Assembly: GCA_051294375.1 (NCBI GenBank)
Contig: JBJCIZ010000370.1
Coordinates: 1 to 34,071, forward strand
DNA length: 34,071 nt
Source of the DNA: Paraspadella gotoi
Lineage: Eukaryota > Animalia > Chaetognatha
Direction of reading: 5' to 3'
Below, piece by piece: positions 11,171 to 22,962 of the stretch. The notes beneath the pieces are model-generated. The model was not told where the DNA came from. It ran no database searches and worked only from the letters and a program-made list of their open reading frames with translations. The number at the start of each line of letters is the position of its first letter. The stretch's first letter is position 1. A program made the translations under genes and the position numbers.

Positions 11171-11563
11171 AAATTTTCGATTGCATGGTTAAAAAAAAAC
11201 AGTGTAATGAATGTTTTAAAAATAGTTAAATATGATAATTTAAAAGCATTATCATTAGTAATTAACTTAATTAATGATAATTATATTTAAAAAATTACTG
11301 ACAAAAGCTAAAAAATACTCAAAGGTAAAATTTCCTAATTTGGCTCTTTAACACCCCTGGCTCGGGCGAAAAAGTTTTTTTTTTTTAAATAAAACTTTTT
11401 TAGTTAAAAAGAGCTTGGAAAAACGAACAGAATGACACCGAGACTGGTTGTTTATTTAAAACATTGTCGGATTCAAATGTGTCTAAGAAGGAGGTATAAG
11501 AAAAAATAAAACCCTTTTGGATCACAAATTACTTTATTGAACATTCGCCATTTTTAAACAATA

Positions 11564-11609
11564 TAGTGCTGATGACGACTTGAATTTAAAGGTCAAAACA
11601 TGTACACTA
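11564..11609 (+). ncRNA. Second minimal hammerhead ribozyme motif (probably inactive), Penelope-like
   Basis: Stem I TAGTG/CACTA, CTGATGA (11569-11575), stem II GACT/GGTC, core GAAA changed to AAAA, ACATGT stem III and a TA site. Followed by AATAAA-TCGTTGA, as in the copy at 1071. Confidence 0.65.
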
Positions 11610-12019
11610 CCTTAAAATAAATCGTTGATTATTATTCAAACTTTTCTCAATGCAAAACAACGAAAGAAAGGATTTCACAAAAAAAAAATAATATTGAGAG
11701 AGATATATAAAGTTTATGGTAACAACAATGATTTTTTTTTAAAATCAAACAAGTTTTGACTTAGGAATTTTTGAGTCATCAGCGTTTGACAAACTGACTG
11801 GCTGAAAAGTGAGTACTTGGTTGAAAGCTGAATGGGGCCTTAAACCACCAAAGCCGGTCCAAAGTCAGCAGAAAGAGAGCTTATTTATTAAAAAATGGAT
11901 AATATTATATTGCTTGTACCAATATCATATAATAATACAGTGAGTCACAATAGTAACTGTCCATTTAAAAGCTTACTACTCCTATACCAGATAGAAAAAC
12001 TAATTCATCTATCAATAGC

Positions 12020-12192
12020 ATCATTTTGTTTGATTTTTCCTCTACCCAAAAGTCCGGGATTCAAGCCGAATGGTTGCCGTGCAATTAAGAGGGACAGGGC
12101 GCCTAACCCGCCTGTAACATTAAGGTGTTACAGCCTGATCCGAAGCTGCAAGGACTGCTTAAATTGAACGGTTCTGCGACTAACAATTATTA
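12020..12192 (+). mobile_element. tRNA-derived SINE copy
   Basis: B-box-like GGGATTCAAGCC. The ~150-bp body is an inverted homolog of 23175-23355. Confidence 0.6.
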
Positions 12193-12278
12193 CTGTCTCT
12201 TCAGCACTTATTTTATATAAAATTTAAAATTTAACAATTTAATATCAATTAAAAAATATTTCTCTACATAATTTTTAT

Positions 12279-12488
12279 GGCTAAATTTTACTTTCGCCCA
12301 ACCGCGGTTTCAGCGGCTTTTGAAAAACCATTTAAAAATATTTTTTCACAAAAAAAAATAAAAAAATATTCCCTAATAAGCTTAAACCCTTAACCCATTT
12401 AACCCTAACCACCCCTAACCCTAAATCACCCCTAAACTACCTTAACCCTAAATCCATCCCTAACCCCGGTCGCTGAAAGTAAAAGTCC
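12279..12488. mobile_element. MITE-like element with an internal degenerate (CCCTAA)n array
   Basis: Inverted ends TTTTACTTTC (12286-12295) and GAAAGTAAAA (12475-12484) enclose CCCTAA-like repeats at 12370-12470. Confidence 0.5.
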
Positions 12489-13599
12489 CAATTTTTAAAT
12501 TTTAAAACATTTAAAAATTAAAAAAAAGCGGAAAATTAGGACTGATTTTAAAATTAAATTGATTGTTTTCGCAGGAAAAATTGATAAAAATTGTATAACT
12601 ATTACTTTAGTCATACAGACCATGGCTGTCGGATACGATGACGATGCCAGAGATATACTATTAAACCTTCCTGGCCATCTTGATAAGGTTGCGGACACTT
12701 GAAAACTCAAAAAAACTTATCACTTTATCAAAGATTCCCAGAAAGAATGCTGACGTAAGATTTTCTAGCTGCTGATTATCACTCTGGAAACCGCCAGCTG
12801 CGTTTTGATTTCAGTGGAACGGATTCAGTTAGCTGTTCTTTATACTTTTTGTTTAGCTGATTGTTTGGCTGACTGAGCGCGCGCTCGCAGTTTGGCTACA
12901 GCTTGACGGAGACCGTATGAGCGTAGATCCGTCAAAGGAATTCGTGGTGCTGATTTGAAATTGACGAAGTTGTTCAGCTTGAAGAGTAGATTCAGATGGT
13001 ATCAAAATAAGTCTCATTTATCTTTAGAGAAGGTCTTTTATTTGAAGTTGAAATCTTGCGATTCTTTGTAATTCGAAAAGATCAGATCTTGGAGACTACT
13101 CGAAAATAAACTTTTTGTTCGGGCGATCGAGGTAAACAATAGTTGTCTTGTTCTTTTTACCTTTTTTGTCTCCTATTGTCTAGTGACCTGTCCATGGATT
13201 AAAGAAAACTATATCAATTTTTAGAATTATTAGTTTACATACTTTAAACACATGAATCCCTTTCTGCTTTTTAATTCATTCATTAAGAATTATCCATTTG
13301 TGAAACGGTTGTGAATCCCTTCTCTGCAAATTATGTAGAAGAATTAAAAAAAAAGAAGTTAATTTTTTTTTACCATTTAATACCAAAATACAATGTATAA
13401 TAATAAAAAACTAAGCTAACCCTAGCTAAAAAAATTTACAAAAAAATATTCATTGGTATATATATACAAGCTCTGTCAAAAACTGGTTCTTCTTCGTTCT
13501 CTTCCTTTCTCCTCCTCCACTCTTCCTCCCTCACTCTCCCGCCTCCCCTCACTTCTCTCACCTCTCCCAATATATCCCCTCTCCTTTTCTTTCTTCTCC

Positions 13600-15627
13600 C
13601 TCCCCTACTACTACAAAACCCAATTTGTCTCGTGTTCTCCTCACCGCTGCTCGCCGCGACGCTGGTCACATAAGGCGCCCAGTTACGTCTGCCGCCTGAA
13701 GACCGCACGCCGACTCCCACGACGACGCCGAGTCCCCCACTAACGCTCGCGGATTGCTATTATGCTAAGAACGCTGTAGAAACAAATATTCAACCAGATT
13801 TTTATATAAAATCATTATCCTAGTTTCAATTTCTTTTTTTGGATTTTTAAAATATCAATTTTTTTACTCACATTAAACTGCTCTGCCAAAAGGGCCTTCG
13901 ATCCTCTTCTTCTTCTTCCTCCCTCGTTCTCGTCGTCATCATCGTCGTCGTTCTCGGAATTTCGAATCTGAAAAAAAAGATTTGAAGCAAAATTAGAAAT
14001 ATTTGTGGCAAAAAAAATCGCGTTTCGCGGCGAATTCTTTTTTAGACGTTTGAAAACTTTTTTAAAGTAGTAATGGTGAATGATGTAGTGGGTGGTGTTG
14101 ATGTAGAGGTTGATGGAGCGGATGATGTTGTAGAGTGTGATGTAGAGGTCGATGGAGTGGTTGATGGAGTGGATGATGTTGCTGTAGGGTGAGATGTAGA
14201 GCTTGATGGAGTAGATAATGTTGTTGAGTGTAATGTAGAGGTTAACGGAGTGGATGATGTTGTTGTAGAGGTTGATGGATGGGATAATGTAGAGGCTGAT
14301 GTAGAGGTGGTTGTAGAGGCTGATGGAGTTGATGATGTAGAGGATGTTGTGGAGGTTGTTGTTGAGGTTGTTGTGGAGGTTGTTGTGGAGGCTGATGTAG
14401 ATGGTGATGTAGAGAATGTTGTAGCGCTTGATGTAGAGAATGTTGTGGAGAATGATGTTTTTGCTGCTGTTGTCGTTTGTCGCCGCCGTCGCCAACTTGA
14501 CGGCCACGGCGCCACCCAAATTGGCGAAGTCGTCGTCCTCGCCACCCACACTCTCCCCGGTGGCGGCGCGGGCGTCGTCCACTCCATTGTTAGAGGTGGC
14601 GCAGGCGTCGCCTCCTCCGGCGCTGGACGCCAATATAAAGATGCTGGTCGTCGTGTGGAAGGTCGCCACGGAAAAGTTGGTATGGGCGCAGGTCGCAGAA
14701 CTTCTGGTGCAGGTCGCCAATCTTCTGGCGCTGGACGCCCACTCGTCGTTCTTGGCGCCGGACGCCGAGTCATCGTCGTTGTCCTCGGCGCTGGTCGCCT
14801 CGGCGCTGGACGCCAAGTTGTCGTCGTCGTTCTCGACGCTAGACGCCGAGTCGTCGTCGTTGTCCTCGGCCTCGTCGATGGACGCCACGGAAAAGTAGGT
14901 ATTGGCGCCGGTCGCCTATCCTCCGGCGCCGGTCGCCGATTCGAAGGCGCTGGACGCCAATCTACGGGCGCTGGACGCCAATTGACGGGCGTTGATCGCC
15001 GCGTCGTCCTCGGCGCCGGTCGCCGCGTTGTCGTCGTCGTCGTCAACCTCGGCGCTGGTCGCCGCGTCGTCATCGTCCTCGGCGCAGGTCGCCGCGTCGT
15101 CGTCCTCGCTCGCCACGTTGTCGTCGGCGCAGGTCGCCGTGTCGTGGTCGTCCAAGATGTCGTCGTCGTCACCCTCCTCGGCGCTGGTCGCCACGTCCTC
15201 CTCGGCGCCGGTCGCCAAGTTGTCGTCGTCGTCCTTCTCCTCGGCGCCGGTCGCCAAGTGGNNNNNNNNNNNNNNNNNNNNNNNNNNNNNNNNNNNNNNN
15301 NNNNNNNNNNNNNNNNNNNNNNNNNNNNNNNNNNNNNNNNNNNNNNNNNNNNNNNNNNNNNNNNNNNNNNNNNNNNNNNNNNNNNNNNNNNNNNNNNNNN
15401 NNNNNNNNNNNNNNNNNNNNNNNNNNNNNNNNNNNNNNNNNNNNNNNNNNNNNNNNNNNNNNNNNNNNNNNNNNNNNNNNNNNNNNATTCGTGGGTGATT
15501 TAGCTTACCAGCAGCAGCAGCAGCAGGGAATCGTCGACGATTGCGACGAACAACGACAGCTGGTTGAAATGGAACGTTCGGTGGATCAGCTTCTTCGCGA
15601 GTTGGAGGAGAAAAATGTGGGCCAAGC
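13600..15627 (-). CDS. Putative spliced mucin-like membrane protein (WRPAP-T repeats, S/T-rich stalk, acidic linker, hydrophobic segment)
   Basis: ORF 14042-15172 is continuous (RRPAPRTTTT repeats, then STTTSTTSS). Candidate exons at ~15508-15627 (AG..GT) and 13873-13967 (CAG|IRNSENDDDD..QFN|GT). A distal exon has VLSIIAI..ASVSGGLGVVVGVGV (needs a frameshift). A gap lies at 15262-15486. Confidence 0.45.
14590..15260. repeat. GC-rich coding minisatellite (GGCGC(T/C/A)GG(T/A)CGCC + (GTC)n spacers)
   Basis: Roughly 20 units of about 21-40 bp, open in several frames on both strands. Confidence 0.9.
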
Positions 15628-15994
15628 TGAAAATTGAACTCGGGCAAAGGGGGGAGTAAAAAAAAAGTAAACAATTAATAAATGTATATACAAATTATTA
15701 GCTCGCGTTTTTTTTCTCTTTTTGCTAATATATGTTTAAAAAAAAATAAAATGTCTCTTTCTTTCTTTCTTTCCTTCTTTCGTTACAAAGCGACTACAAA
15801 AAAAAGGGGGAAAAATAGATAGTATATTCTCCGTTAGTTACCTATATTAAAAATGGAGATGCCCATTTTTCATTGTTTTTTCCATACGTCAGAAAACAAA
15901 AGAAAGATAGGAAATTTTAGTAAATTACGTGAATTGTTAGTAACAAATTTAGTTAAATATTAAAAAGTATTTTAGAAAGAAAAAAAAAATCACG

Positions 15995-18965
15995 GCAATA
16001 ACTAGTTATACAAAGCCACTCGGTACGTGATCAAAAGAAGACAAAAAGAAAAGACAAAAAGGAAAAAAAGAAAAAGAAAAGAAACCGAAAACGCTCATTG
16101 TTATTGCTGTTGAAAAGACAGAGGGAAAATCTTTCATAATTGAAAAAGAGCGAGACAAAATATTAGAATAAAATAATAATAATAATTAATGATTGCCGCA
16201 AAAAAAAGGTGGATCGAAACCTATTACAAAATAGTCTTTGTTCAAACGTATTCGACTTCACCCGCAGCAAAAACAAAGGAATTTCCTGAGAAAATTATCA
16301 CAAAGAATACGATTGAAATTTTGCGTCACATAGAAGAAGAAAAGAGAAGAGAAGAAGAAGAAAAGGTCAGATCGTTACAAAAAGGATAGATCTGAGTAAG
16401 AAATAAATAATAATATGTTTACCTCTTTTAATATGTATTCAACTTCGAAAGCAACAAAAACAAAAGGACCAATTTCATAAAGAAGATAAAGGAGGAGAAT
16501 AGGAGGGAAAATGGAGAAGAAGAAAAACATAAAAAAAAGAGTCAGTACAATCTGTACAAAATGGATGGATTCTGAGAATGAATTTAAAAAATAGTTTGAA
16601 TGTGATGATATAAATACAAGATGTTAGTAAAAAATTTTAGAAAAGAAGCATATTATATTTTTTCGCAAAGAAAAAAGAAAGGTCCATAAATAAGCCAAAA
16701 AAACGCCCAAAAAAAACACATTTTCATGCCTTTCTTTCTTGGAAACCCATACCGTATGGAAATATATAATATAGGCAGAAGTTATCCCGACCACCGACCG
16801 ACCGACAAAATCTAAAACCAAGGGGAAATTGAAAGGAAAAAAAAAAAAAACTCGTCGTGAGCGAGCGTTTGTTTTTTTTCACTTTTTCCCCTTTTTTTTT
16901 CGTTGCAGAAAGGCGAGAGAGAGAAAGAAGAGATAGTAACTAATATTACTATACTAATAACTTAGCTTAATTCGCGTGGCGTCCCATCTCTTCTTCTCGC
17001 ACTCATTTCTTCGTTTAGACCCGGGAGAGGAGTCCATTTTATAGCAAAATTTTTTTTTTTTAACTCGCCGTTTAGTGGCAGGGTGGTGAAGGAGATTCGT
17101 TAATAGAGTAGGTAAAACTGCGTGGTTATTAAAAAAATAAATAAAAATAAAAATTTTACTCGGATATCGATATCGATAACAAGTCGTCCTTCGTTTTTGA
17201 GATTGGAGGAGCGTCCGAAGCTGCAGTTCGGACCTAAGTCTCTCTCTTCCGCTGATCATGCGCTCATTCTCTTCGAGTTCTCGCTCCTACTGGCTCCTGC
17301 CTCCTCTTCTCGTAAAAGGTTGTATAAGAGTGTCGTCGTCGCGGCTTCCCGTCCTCCTCGTCCGTCCTCGTGGCACGTGTCGATCCACTTTCTCGCAATT
17401 CGTCGGGTCGTCGTCGCGTCTCTCTCTTCGGATCCAAGATACCGCGACGATGCGCCAGATGATGGTTCAAGGAGGAAATAATAAGGACTCAGCCAGAAGC
17501 GGTGTGTCTATGAATAATATATTATAGTATGAGTATGTATGTACTTAAAAATGTAAAACATAAAAAAACGCGACGACAACTTCGAAAAATTGCGAGGAAA
17601 ATTTTTCCATTCGACTTGAATATGAAATATCCGCGTCTAAAATTGCGCGAAGCCTGTGTCGTCTGGTGCGATCGCGACTCAAGAGTCTTCGTACACTCTG
17701 TTATTATTTACGTTATGTTACGAATATTATATATTATAATAGGTTTCTCTCTTTCGGCCTTCATTCCTCAACCGATTGGTCAAACGTGAGCACCATAATC
17801 TTTAGTTATTCTTACCATCCGCGCTTTTTCTAATATTCAGTCCTCTCGGAAAAAGGCCACCTGCCGCAGGGCGGCACGGGCGAGCGGAGGGGCGGCGGAA
17901 AGCAAACCCTATCATCGTCGTCGAGTAGAGACTCCCCCTATCGCGGAGAGAGAGCGGAGGGGAGGCTGCTTCCCGACGCTCGTGAGAATCGGCGAGAGGT
18001 TGGGGGAGGCCTGGACCCCCAACCCCTCTCTCGCGCGGAATTCTCCGAGGTTGGACAAAAATTTTTTTTCTCCTCGCCCCCCTCTCCTCCTCCATCTCCC
18101 CCCTCTCGCCTCAAAAATTTTTTTTTTGGGAGAGGAGAGGAGGGAGAGGAGGAGGGGAGGATAGGAGGAAGAGAGGGGGAACGATACGGAGGAATTGAAC
18201 GGCGAGTAAGTGGAGGCGGGGAACGAAGAGAAGGCGGACTGGAACCTATCCCTCGTTATCGTATTTCTTTTTTGGCTTTTCCTCCCAAACAGTCCCCCTT
18301 GATTCTGCTAATCCTTCGGTCCGTCTTTCGTCGGTCGTCCAAATGCCATCTCAAAAAGAAACGAGAGACGAAAAAGAGATAGAGTGTATTTCGCGAACCG
18401 TACAAAGAAATCAAAAACAATCTCTTACAACTTTCATATACAGAAGGCATATTCGAGAGTAGCACGCTCGGTTGTATTACCTCGTATGAGCCTAAATCAT
18501 GAGCGAGTAGGAGCGCCGGGGTAGCCAATAACGAGAAAATATAGGGGGAACGGACCTGTCAGAGAGAGGCGGCGGACTTAGTCGCGCGAATAGCTAGAAA
18601 CAGTAACCTATAACAGGCTACCAGGGACCTGAGTAGAGTCCAATAACGGTACACTCGCGAAAGGGAGACGATAGTTTCTGCGCCAAAGCCAGCATAAACA
18701 ACTTTAAAAACAAAGAAAAACGCTTTTTCCAATGTAAAAAGAGATAAAAATTTCCTTAAAACACCGGAAACGATACTTTCAAAGGCCAGCGAAACAGAGA
18801 GCAAGATCATAGTTTCCCAAAGAAATAGCATTTCGGTTGAGAGAAACGCACTTGTATAAAAAATCCGGCCGGATTCAGTCGTGAGAGAGAGAGAGAGAAT
18901 GGAAGAATGAGAGAATGAAAGAGAGAATGAAAGAGAGAAAAGAGAAAAAGAGAGACGAGAGAGGC
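15995..18965. repeat. ~3-kb tandem duplicate of 18991-21220 + 27097-27650
   Basis: Colinear homology (e.g. 16011 vs 19005, 17450 vs 20428, 18240 vs 27170, 18810 vs 27505). The junction is a 25-N gap at 18966-18990, and the copies differ mostly by small indels. Confidence 0.9.
16954..18880 (-). pseudogene. Duplicate copy of the 3' exons of pPolB-2 (frameshifted)
   Basis: GFFIQVRFSQPK (cf. GYILEVDLEYPK), VREIHSISF (cf. KIHRVL.F), KAKKEI..NEGIG (motif B-like) and RFWLSPYY.PLNHHLAH (cf. KRYIL..TLPYGH). Confidence 0.65.
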
Positions 18966-21900
18966 NNNNNNNNNNNNNNNNNNNNNNNNNGGAATAACTA
19001 TTGACAAAGCCACTGGTCACGTGACAAAAACTTGTGACAAAAAAAAGACAAAAGAAAAAAGAAAAAAGAAAAAGAAACAGTGATACGGCTCATTTGTTAT
19101 TGCGGTTGACAGAAACAGAGAGGAAAATCTTTCATNNNNNNNNNNNNNNNNNNNNNNNNNNNNNNNNNNNNNNNNNNNNNNNNNNNNNNNNNNNNNNNNN
19201 NNNNNNNNNNNNNNNNNNNNNNNNNNNNNNNNNNNNNNNNNNNNNNNNNNNNNNNNNNNNNNNNNNNNNNNNNNNNNNNNNNNNNNNNNNNNNNNNNNNN
19301 NNNNNNNNNNNNNNNNNNNNNNNNNNNNNNNNNNNNNNNNNNNNNNNNNNNNNNNNNNNNNNNNNNNNNNNNNNNNNNNNNNNNNNNNNNNNNNNNNNNN
19401 NNNNNAAGGGACCATTTCTGAGAAAATATATCACAAAGGATATACAATCGGGAAATTTTGTGACACATAGAAGAAGAAGAAGAGAGAGAGGAAAATGAAG
19501 AAGAAGAAAAAAATAAAGAGTCACAATCAGTACAAAAGGATGATTCTGAGAATGAATTAAAAATTGAATATATATTGAATACGAATGTTAGTAAGAATTT
19601 TTAAAAAAGCATATTTTTTCCAAAGAAAAAAAAAAGGCCCAATAAAAAATGCCAAAAAAACGCCAAAAAAACACATTTTTCATGGCCTTTCTTTTCTTTG
19701 GAAAACCCATACCGTGGTAGTATGTTAAAAACGTATGGAATAATAATAATAGGGCAGAAGTTTCGTACCGACCACCGACCGACCGACGAAAATCTGAAAA
19801 CCAAGGGGGGAAAAGGAAAGGAAAAAAAAAACTCGTGAGTGAGCGTTTTTTTTTTCACTTTTCCCCCCTTTTTTTTTTCTGTTCGCCGTTCGAAAGAAAA
19901 GCAAAAGAGAGAGAGAAAGAGATAGTAACTAATATTACTACTACGAATAACTTAGCTTTATTCGTCGGTGACGTCCCATCTTCTTCTTCTCGGCATCCAT
20001 TTTCTTCGTTTAGATTCGTTAATAGAGTAGGTAAAACGGTGGTTTTATTAAAAAATTAATAAAAAAAAATTGTTACTACGATATCGATAAAAGTCGTTCG
20101 CTTTTTGGACGGACTTAGAGAGGTCCCGCTGCAGCGATAGCTGCGTCGGACGCTGCTAAAAGTTACTCTCTCTTTCCGCTGGATCATCGCTCTCGTCATT
20201 TGCTCATTCTCTCCGAGTCCGCTCCTACTGGCTCCTCCTCCTCCTCCTCCTCTTCTTCAATTAAGGGGTGGATAAGAGTCGTCGTCGTCGACCTTTCTCG
20301 TTGTCCTCGCCGTCGTCATCGTCCCACTTTCGTCGGTCCCGCTGGGCCATTCTCGTCGTCCCATTTTTTCGTCGTCCTCGTCGTCATCGTCTCTCCTCTC
20401 TTCGGCGTCCAAGATAGCCGCGGCTCGATGCGCCAGATGATGGTTCAAGGGGAAGGAATAATAAGGAACTCAGCCGAGAAGCGTTTGTCCTATTAATAAT
20501 ATATATATGTATGTATATATGTATGTATAAATGTAAACAAAAAAAACGCGACGACTAACTTCGAAATTGCTGAGGGAAATTTTTTCCAATTCGACCTTGA
20601 ACATGGAATATCCCGCCGTTCTAAATTGCGCGAGCCTGTGTCGTCTGGGCCGGTCGTGACTCAAGACGTCTTCGTACAACTCTGTTATTATTATTTACGT
20701 TATTATAATATTTACATTCTTCTTCTTTCTCTCTCTCCTCTCACCGGTATTGGTCAAACGTTGAGCCACCAATCTCTTGGTTTTTCCTTTACATCTGGCG
20801 CTTTTTTCCAATATTCGAGTCGGNNNNNNNNNNNNNNNNNNNNNNNNNCTCTCGGAAAAAGGCCACCTGCCGCAGCGGCGGCGGCAGCGGTAGGGGTAGC
20901 GGCGGGAAAACAACCCCCTATCATCGTCGTCGAGTAGAGGAGGCCTCCCCTATCGCGGAGCTAGAGGAGGCGGAAGGAGGAGGGTGGCTCTCCGACGCCT
21001 CGGAGAATCCGGCGAGAGAGTTGGGGGGGGCCTGGAAGGCCCCCCCAACCCCTCTCTCGCGCGGATTTCCGAGGTGTGACAAAATTTTTTTTTTCTCCTC
21101 CGCCCCCCTCTCCTGCCTCCATCTCTCCTCCCCTCCTCGCCTCGAAAAATTTTTTTTTGGGGAGGGAGGAGGAGGAGGGGGAGGAGAGGGGGGGAAGGGG
21201 AGGGAAAGGAGGGGAAGATTGAGGGGGTGTGCAAAAATTTCAAAATCATAGTAGCTCAATTTACATCCGGCACAATATGTGGGGGTTAAAAAAGTATGTT
21301 TGCCCAAATCTCATCGAATTTGCTTCAACACCCTTAGCAACTACCTCGCTTAAAGGATTTTTGGCACACCTTTGACTAAAAATTAATTGTTTAAAAAATA
21401 TGACTTGTTTATCGTCACTCAACTTTATTAGCTGAGGAACTCATCAAGATTATTTTCACATCATTGAAGTGCTCATTTCATCCCAAGCGCCTTCACAACT
21501 GGCTCCACAGCAAACGCTGGAGGATGTGGAGTTGATAACATCATTGCTTATAATTCCTAACATTCAGGGTAGAATCTCTTACTTTGACATAGTTTTTTAC
21601 ACTAATATGTTCCTCTATATAAATCAACAACATTTGATTTTTATTTAGAGGTGGTGGTTACATCCTGGAGGATAATTTCTGTTTCCTTTTTTTATTTTTA
21701 ATAAAATTACTATTTTAAAATTACATTTTTCGGATAATTTACATTACAGGCTGATGTAAGATGATACAAAAATTGGTCAGATTCCAAAAAAATTGCATGA
21801 ATTAAGCGTAGGTTTCAAGAGAGCCTCTCTTGAAGGATCTGGGAGCACACTCAACACCCCTTTAAATGAGTAAAGATACCTTATTTTTTAATTAAAATGC

Positions 21901-22849
21901 TTCTTTGGTTAAAAATTTTATGACCAAAAATTATGCTTCAAGTTTTAGTTACACATAATACCATTAAAAACTAGAAATATTTTTAATACTGCATATGCAA
22001 ATGATTTTGTATCATATTTGCTTCACTAGAGAATCGTTTGAAGAACAATAAACAAAAAGGGGGACAAATGTACGAATGTATTTGAAGAAATTTTATTTAA
22101 TTAACAGTGCTAATTAACAGTGCTAAGTAAATGTAAGAAAGAATGAATATAAGCTTTATAAAGGAAGAATGACTGACCAGAAAGAAAGAAATAAAGAAAG
22201 AAAGAAAGAAAACGAGAAAAAAAGAGAGAAAAAAAGAAAAACGAAGAAAAAAAGGAGAAAGAAACAAAAAAACGAGAAAAAAAGAGAGAAAAAGAAAATT
22301 AGTAAAAATAAAAAAAAGAAAACGAGAAAGAAAGAGAGAAAAAGAAAACGAGAAAGAAAGAAAGAAAGAAAAATGAGAAAGAAAGAGAAAAAGAGAACGA
22401 GAGAAAATTAATATTATTTTTTTATTTCGTGTCAAAATCGTTTTTTTCCAAAACAAAAACAAAACACAATCTCGATCACAAAAGTTAATTAATAATTAAT
22501 TAATTACAATAATTAATAATTAAATTAATTACTTATTATTTATTACCTACTTATTAAATGTAGCTTTAATTTAAAATTTAAGGCACTTTTTTTCAAGAAG
22601 CCCCCTTGCTGCGGCTCCTGAAGCAGCGGACCCAGACACACGCACAAAAATCATATCTTTGCTACTTCCATCATCGTTTTATGCGTCACTCCTTTAGTCG
22701 TTACTCTCACCGTTTCCCCGCAACAGTTTCCTCATCGTTCAAATTATCTTCGTCTTTCTGTTCGATCCCGATCTGAAGAGGCTTAATTCTTTCTCTCTTT
22801 CTTTCACCAGCAAGTCAGAATTTTATGTTGCAAAAGTGCGTAGGAAAAA

Positions 22850-22935
22850 CTACCCTAATCCCAACCCTAATCCCTACCCTAATCCCTAATATCTATCCCC
22901 TAAACTAACCTTATCCCTAACCGAAACCCTAAACA
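22850..22935 (+). repeat. Degenerate (CCCTAA)n array within a repeat element
   Basis: CCCTAATC/CCCTAAAC units flanked by the direct repeat CATCGTTCAAATTATC (~22733 and 22942). Confidence 0.7.
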
Positions 22936-22962
22936 ATTATCCATCGTTCAAATTATCGTCGT

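Noticed and set aside
13601-13620. CTACTACT as a Polinton AGTAGT terminus
   Set aside because: Wrong orientation for a left end, and no partner TIR is visible.
14250-15503. 417-aa plus-strand V/G/R-rich ORF, and the repeat as a CRISPR-like array
   Set aside because: Antisense of a coding minisatellite. The spacers are (GTC)n low-complexity, the context is eukaryotic and there are no cas genes.
19017-19524. ORFs spanning N runs
   Set aside because: Artefacts of assembly gaps.
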